A stretch of DNA of 63,627 bases, counting the filler, from Pirum gemmata (taxonomy: Eukaryota), in assembly GCA_002812295.1 (NCBI GenBank). It is 16 parts of 16 records of this genome, joined end to end, with 100 filler letters (N's around TTAATTAATTAA, not from the genome) between each part and the next. Parts side by side here need not be neighbours in the genome. Positions count along the whole stretch, not along the records: positions 60,052 to 63,627 come from PDIN01002265.1; 15 more parts are not named here. One strand, given 5' to 3'. The notes beneath the pieces were generated by a model, which had not been told where the DNA came from, made no database searches, and saw nothing but the letters and a program-made list of their open reading frames with translations. Numbering within the stretch: position 1 is the first letter of the stretch; the number at the start of each line of letters is the position of its first letter. Of this stretch, positions 62,606 to 63,627 are shown piece by piece. A program made the translations under genes and the position numbers.

Positions 62606-63627
62606 AACCAGCTAGACTAGGATAGAGTCTCCATCATACCGACCCTAATTATGACAGTATTTAGACTATTTATTACACATAAATATTGTGCTTTTCATTT
62701 ATTTTGTCACTCCGAATATTTGTTTGGTAGGTTATAACCTTTAAATTGATGACAAAACAACTGAAAAGCACTATATATTTATAATATGATTTAAAAGCGT
62801 TCTATGATACAACAAGAGCTGACACTATGATATAACTAACAATAGTAAAATGTACCTACCTCTTTTTCTTCATGGACAGAGAAATTGTAAAATGAGCAAA
62901 ACTACCTTTATCTTAGATTTTTTTAAAAAAAAGGATTAGGCAAAAAAGAATGACCCAAAAATTGCCGAAACTATTATATTTTAAAAAAAAAATTCTTTTT
63001 TTTTCTCAGCTTTTTTTCAGCTTTTTTTTCTTAGGTTTTTTTCCTTAGTAGGGGTTTTTTTTAAAGGTTAGGAGAAAAAAAAAAAAAAAAATGAAGCCCT
63101 ATGTAAATTGTAAAACCCTGCCATTACCGGCCGCCAATTCCGCCAATCCTCCCCAGAATACATACTACTTTATAAATAAGAATGAGCCAATCAAAGACCC
63201 CAGAAAAAGAAAAATTTCATTTTTTAAAAAAAATATATTTGGTAAAAATAGTTGTAAAAATCCATATATATAATAACTTTTTTTGTACAATTTCAACTCA
63301 AACCACTAGACTCCACTAGACTCAAACAGTCTCAAACCAAACCTAGCAAACCAAACAGTTACAACAATTCATTATTTTTTTTATTTACAAAAATGCATTT
63401 GCTTGCAAACCTGCAAGAAAAAAACAATAAAGTAATTAATATTATATTTATTTTGAAATATTACATCATTATACAATCATTATAATGCATTATATGTATA
63501 ACTAGCTATAGTTCAAACATTATTTAATTAATATCAATTACTTATTACTAATATGATTATTACTACTGCTAATATTATTGTTATTGCTGTACTAATATTA
63601 TTATTAGTATTAGTATTATTATTATTA

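Overview
This window is not one locus. It is about 16 unrelated short contigs (mostly ~3.5-3.6 kb) joined by an artificial 100-bp spacer (N44-TTAATTAATTAA-N44) starting at 4335, 9000, 12726, 16362, 20063, 23785, 27479, 32403, 36125, 39817, 45206, 48908, 52650, 56259 and 59952. The DNA is from a very AT-rich, microsatellite-rich eukaryote with GT-AG introns, the standard code and TTAGGG repeats. A syntenin-like tandem-PDZ gene suggests a holozoan, possibly an ichthyosporean (inference). Host-type content: a spliced secreted aldonolactone-oxidase-like gene, a bacterial-type trimethylamine monooxygenase (FMO) with introns, a pepsin-family protease, a CAP protein, RasGAP-like and EsV-1-7-like exons, germin and VWD pseudogenes, several MITE families and satellites. 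Three contigs (4435-8999, 23885-27478, 45306-48907) look like compact, intronless giant-virus (NCLDV)-derived DNA. They hold the most notable signals, none of which is evident from the ORF track alone: (1) a TnpB/Fanzor2 3' remnant with an apparently intact pseudoknotted omegaRNA end, inserted in a zinc-finger gene; (2) a free-standing, extein-less, catalytically degenerate intein/LAGLIDADG gene whose two halves lie at opposite ends of one contig, implying a circle or tandem unit; (3) a 22-aa micro-ORF resembling the histone H3 tail; (4) flip-flop palindromes and 3' hairpin repeats. All family assignments are by motif recognition; no database searches were run.
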